From Candidatus Eiseniibacteriota bacterium (GTDB lineage: Bacteria; Eisenbacteria; RBG-16-71-46), in NCBI GenBank assembly GCA_005893295.1, contig VBOY01000007.1, positions 27,591 through 80,301 on the forward strand: a DNA stretch of 52,711 nt, read 5' to 3'. The notes under the pieces were generated by a model, which saw only the letters and a list, made by a program, of their open reading frames with translations, was not told where the DNA came from and made no database searches. Made by a program: the position numbers and the translations under genes. Shown one piece after another: positions 51,084 through 52,711 of this stretch. Every line of letters starts with the position of its first letter. Within the stretch, counting starts at the first letter, position 1.

Positions 51084-52355
51084 ATGGTGCAGGGGATCTA
51101 CCGCAAGACCGTCCTGACCTCCGGGATGACGCTCGTCACCGAGGCGATGCCGTGGCGCACCTCGGTCGCGGTCGGGGTGTGGGTCCGCAGCGGGTCGCGA
51201 GACGAGCCCGTCGAATGGCTCGGCATCTCCCACTTCCTCGAGCACATGATGTTCAAGGGCACCGAGCGCCGCGACGCCCGCTCGATTGCCGCTAGCCTCG
51301 AGTCGCTCGGGGGGCACCTCGACGCGTACACGGCGCGCGAGCAGGTTTGCTACCAGGCTCGTGCCCTGGCGGAACATCTGCCCGAGGCGGTCGACGTCCT
51401 CTCGGACATCGTGTGCCGTTCGCTCCTGGCTCCCACCGAGGTGGCGCGCGAGAAAGACGTGGTGCGCGAGGAGATCCTCGCCTACGAGGACAACCCCGAG
51501 GAAAAGGTGAACGATTTGCTCGCCGAGCAGGTCTGGGGTGGCCACGAGCTCGGCCGCCCGATCCTCGGCACGGCCGCGACCGTGGGCGAGCTCACCGCGG
51601 ATCACCTGAAAGACTACTTCTGGCGTCGCTATCGGCCACGCGATCTCGTCCTGATCGCGACCGGCGGGCTCGAGCACGCTCACTTGGAGGAGCTGGCCGA
51701 GCGCATGTTCGCCCCGCCCGCCGGCGAGTCCATGCCTCTCTCCGAGGGGCCGCCTCCCTACCGTCCGAAGATCCAACACTATGCGCGCGATCTCCAGCAG
51801 TTGTACGTGTCGCTCGGCACGCGCGGCGTGGCCGACGTCCATCCGGATCGCTATCCGCTCGTGGTGCTCAACACGTTGCTCGGGGGCGGAATGAGCTCGC
51901 GGCTCTTTCAGAGCGTGCGCGAACAGGCAGGGCTCGCGTATTCCGTCTACTCGGCTCAGGAGTTCTATCGCGACGCGGGGATGCTCTCGATCCAGATGGG
52001 CGTTTCGCCGGATCGTGGCCGGGAGGCGTTGAACAGGACGCGCGAAGAGCTCGATGCCCTGCGCGACGCGGGCCCGACGGAAGAAGAAGTCGAGGCGGCC
52101 CGTTCGCAGATCCGGGGCACCGTCATGATCGAGCAGGACAGCGTCAGCTCGCGCATGAACTATCTCGCCCACGAAGAGATCTATCGGGGAACGCACACAC
52201 CGCCGGAGGAGCAGGTGAAGAAGATCCTGGCGGTGACCCGCGAACAGGTGATCGACGTGGCGCGGCGCCACCTCGAGCCCTCGCGCTTCTCGCTCGCCGC
52301 GCTCGGCCCGGCGCACGGTGGCCCGCTGGGCGCGAACGACTGGCCTACGGACTAG
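51084..52355 (+). CDS. M16 family zinc peptidase
   Basis: GSRDE, HFLEHMMFKGT, LGGGMSSRLFQ.VRE..GLAYSVYS; usual position after pnp. Confidence 0.95.
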   Translation: MVQGIYRKTVLTSGMTLVTEAMPWRTSVAVGVWVRSGSRDEPVEWLGISHFLEHMMFKGTERRDARSIAASLESLGGHLDAYTAREQVCYQARALAEHLPEAVDVLSDIVCRSLLAPTEVAREKDVVREEILAYEDNPEEKVNDLLAEQVWGGHELGRPILGTAATVGELTADHLKDYFWRRYRPRDLVLIATGGLEHAHLEELAERMFAPPAGESMPLSEGPPPYRPKIQHYARDLQQLYVSLGTRGVADVHPDRYPLVVLNTLLGGGMSSRLFQSVREQAGLAYSVYSAQEFYRDAGMLSIQMGVSPDRGREALNRTREELDALRDAGPTEEEVEAARSQIRGTVMIEQDSVSSRMNYLAHEEIYRGTHTPPEEQVKKILAVTREQVIDVARRHLEPSRFSLAALGPAHGGPLGANDWPTD

Positions 52356-52472
52356 GCATCGCTCGAAACGCCGATCGCAGCGTTGGCTCGTCGCTCCCAT
52401 CGTTCCCGCCGCATCCACCCGGAGCTTGCGGCGCGGATTGCTCCAGCGCGCCGCCTCGGGCATCATGACGGC

Positions 52473-52711
52473 GTGAAGCTGACCGGCCAGGACCTCCCAG
52501 CGCTGTGTGGCGACCTCGACGAGGCCTTGCGCGAACTGACCTCGGGGGTCGAGCGCGACACATCACTGTGGACGCGCGGGCGACCGAAGAAGTGGGCCGC
52601 CGGCCAGCAGATCGCGCACGTGGGGCTCATCATGACGCTGATGGCCGAGGCGTTCGAGGCCGCGGAGCCAGCGTTGCGCGCCAGCACCCTGCCCCCGGTC
52701 CCACGACGCGG
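52473..52711 (+). CDS. Probable DinB-like protein (runs off the window end)
   Basis: Hand-translated from GTG 52473: MKLTGQDLPAL...LWTRGRPKKWAAGQQIAHVGL..., with the W-x3-Q-x3-H pattern. Preceded by TTGCTC-N17-CATCAT-N6. Confidence 0.6.
   Translation, partial: MKLTGQDLPALCGDLDEALRELTSGVERDTSLWTRGRPKKWAAGQQIAHVGLIMTLMAEAFEAAEPALRASTLPPVPRR

Overview
High-GC diderm bacterial chromosome segment. The SprA homolog and a CTD-bearing secreted protein suggest an FCB-related lineage such as Ca. Eisenbacteria; this is inference. Most of the window is housekeeping: split hldE (rfaE1/rfaE2), an aldehyde dehydrogenase, sucCD-ndk, yceD-rpmF-plsX-fabHDG-acpP-fabF-rnc, TPR-ECF sigma-anti-sigma-HtrA, aroB-aroQ-accB-pilT-accC-comB, lptFG, sprA plus an M28/glutaminyl-cyclase-like lipoprotein, and rimP-nusA-infB-DUF503/rbfA-truB-ribF-rpsO-pnp-M16 peptidase. 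The first ~8 kb is accessory: a type IX secretion (T9SS) cargo-like protein missed by the ORF track, a Cyc2-like CxxCH/beta-barrel fusion, a PAS-GAF hybrid kinase, two convergent redoxins lacking the catalytic Cys loop and separated by a 191-bp MITE, a URO-D family enzyme, TonB and a GNAT. The most interesting signals are the cytochrome-porin, the Cys-less redoxin pair, T9SS SprA coupled to a QC-like enzyme, and an HtrA lacking its catalytic His and Asp. Six genes carry abrupt internal deletions (tonB, GNAT, ALDH, accC, lptG, DUF503/rbfA), most likely local assembly errors. No rRNA, tRNA, CRISPR array or transposase was seen. All family calls come from motif recognition by eye; no searches were run.
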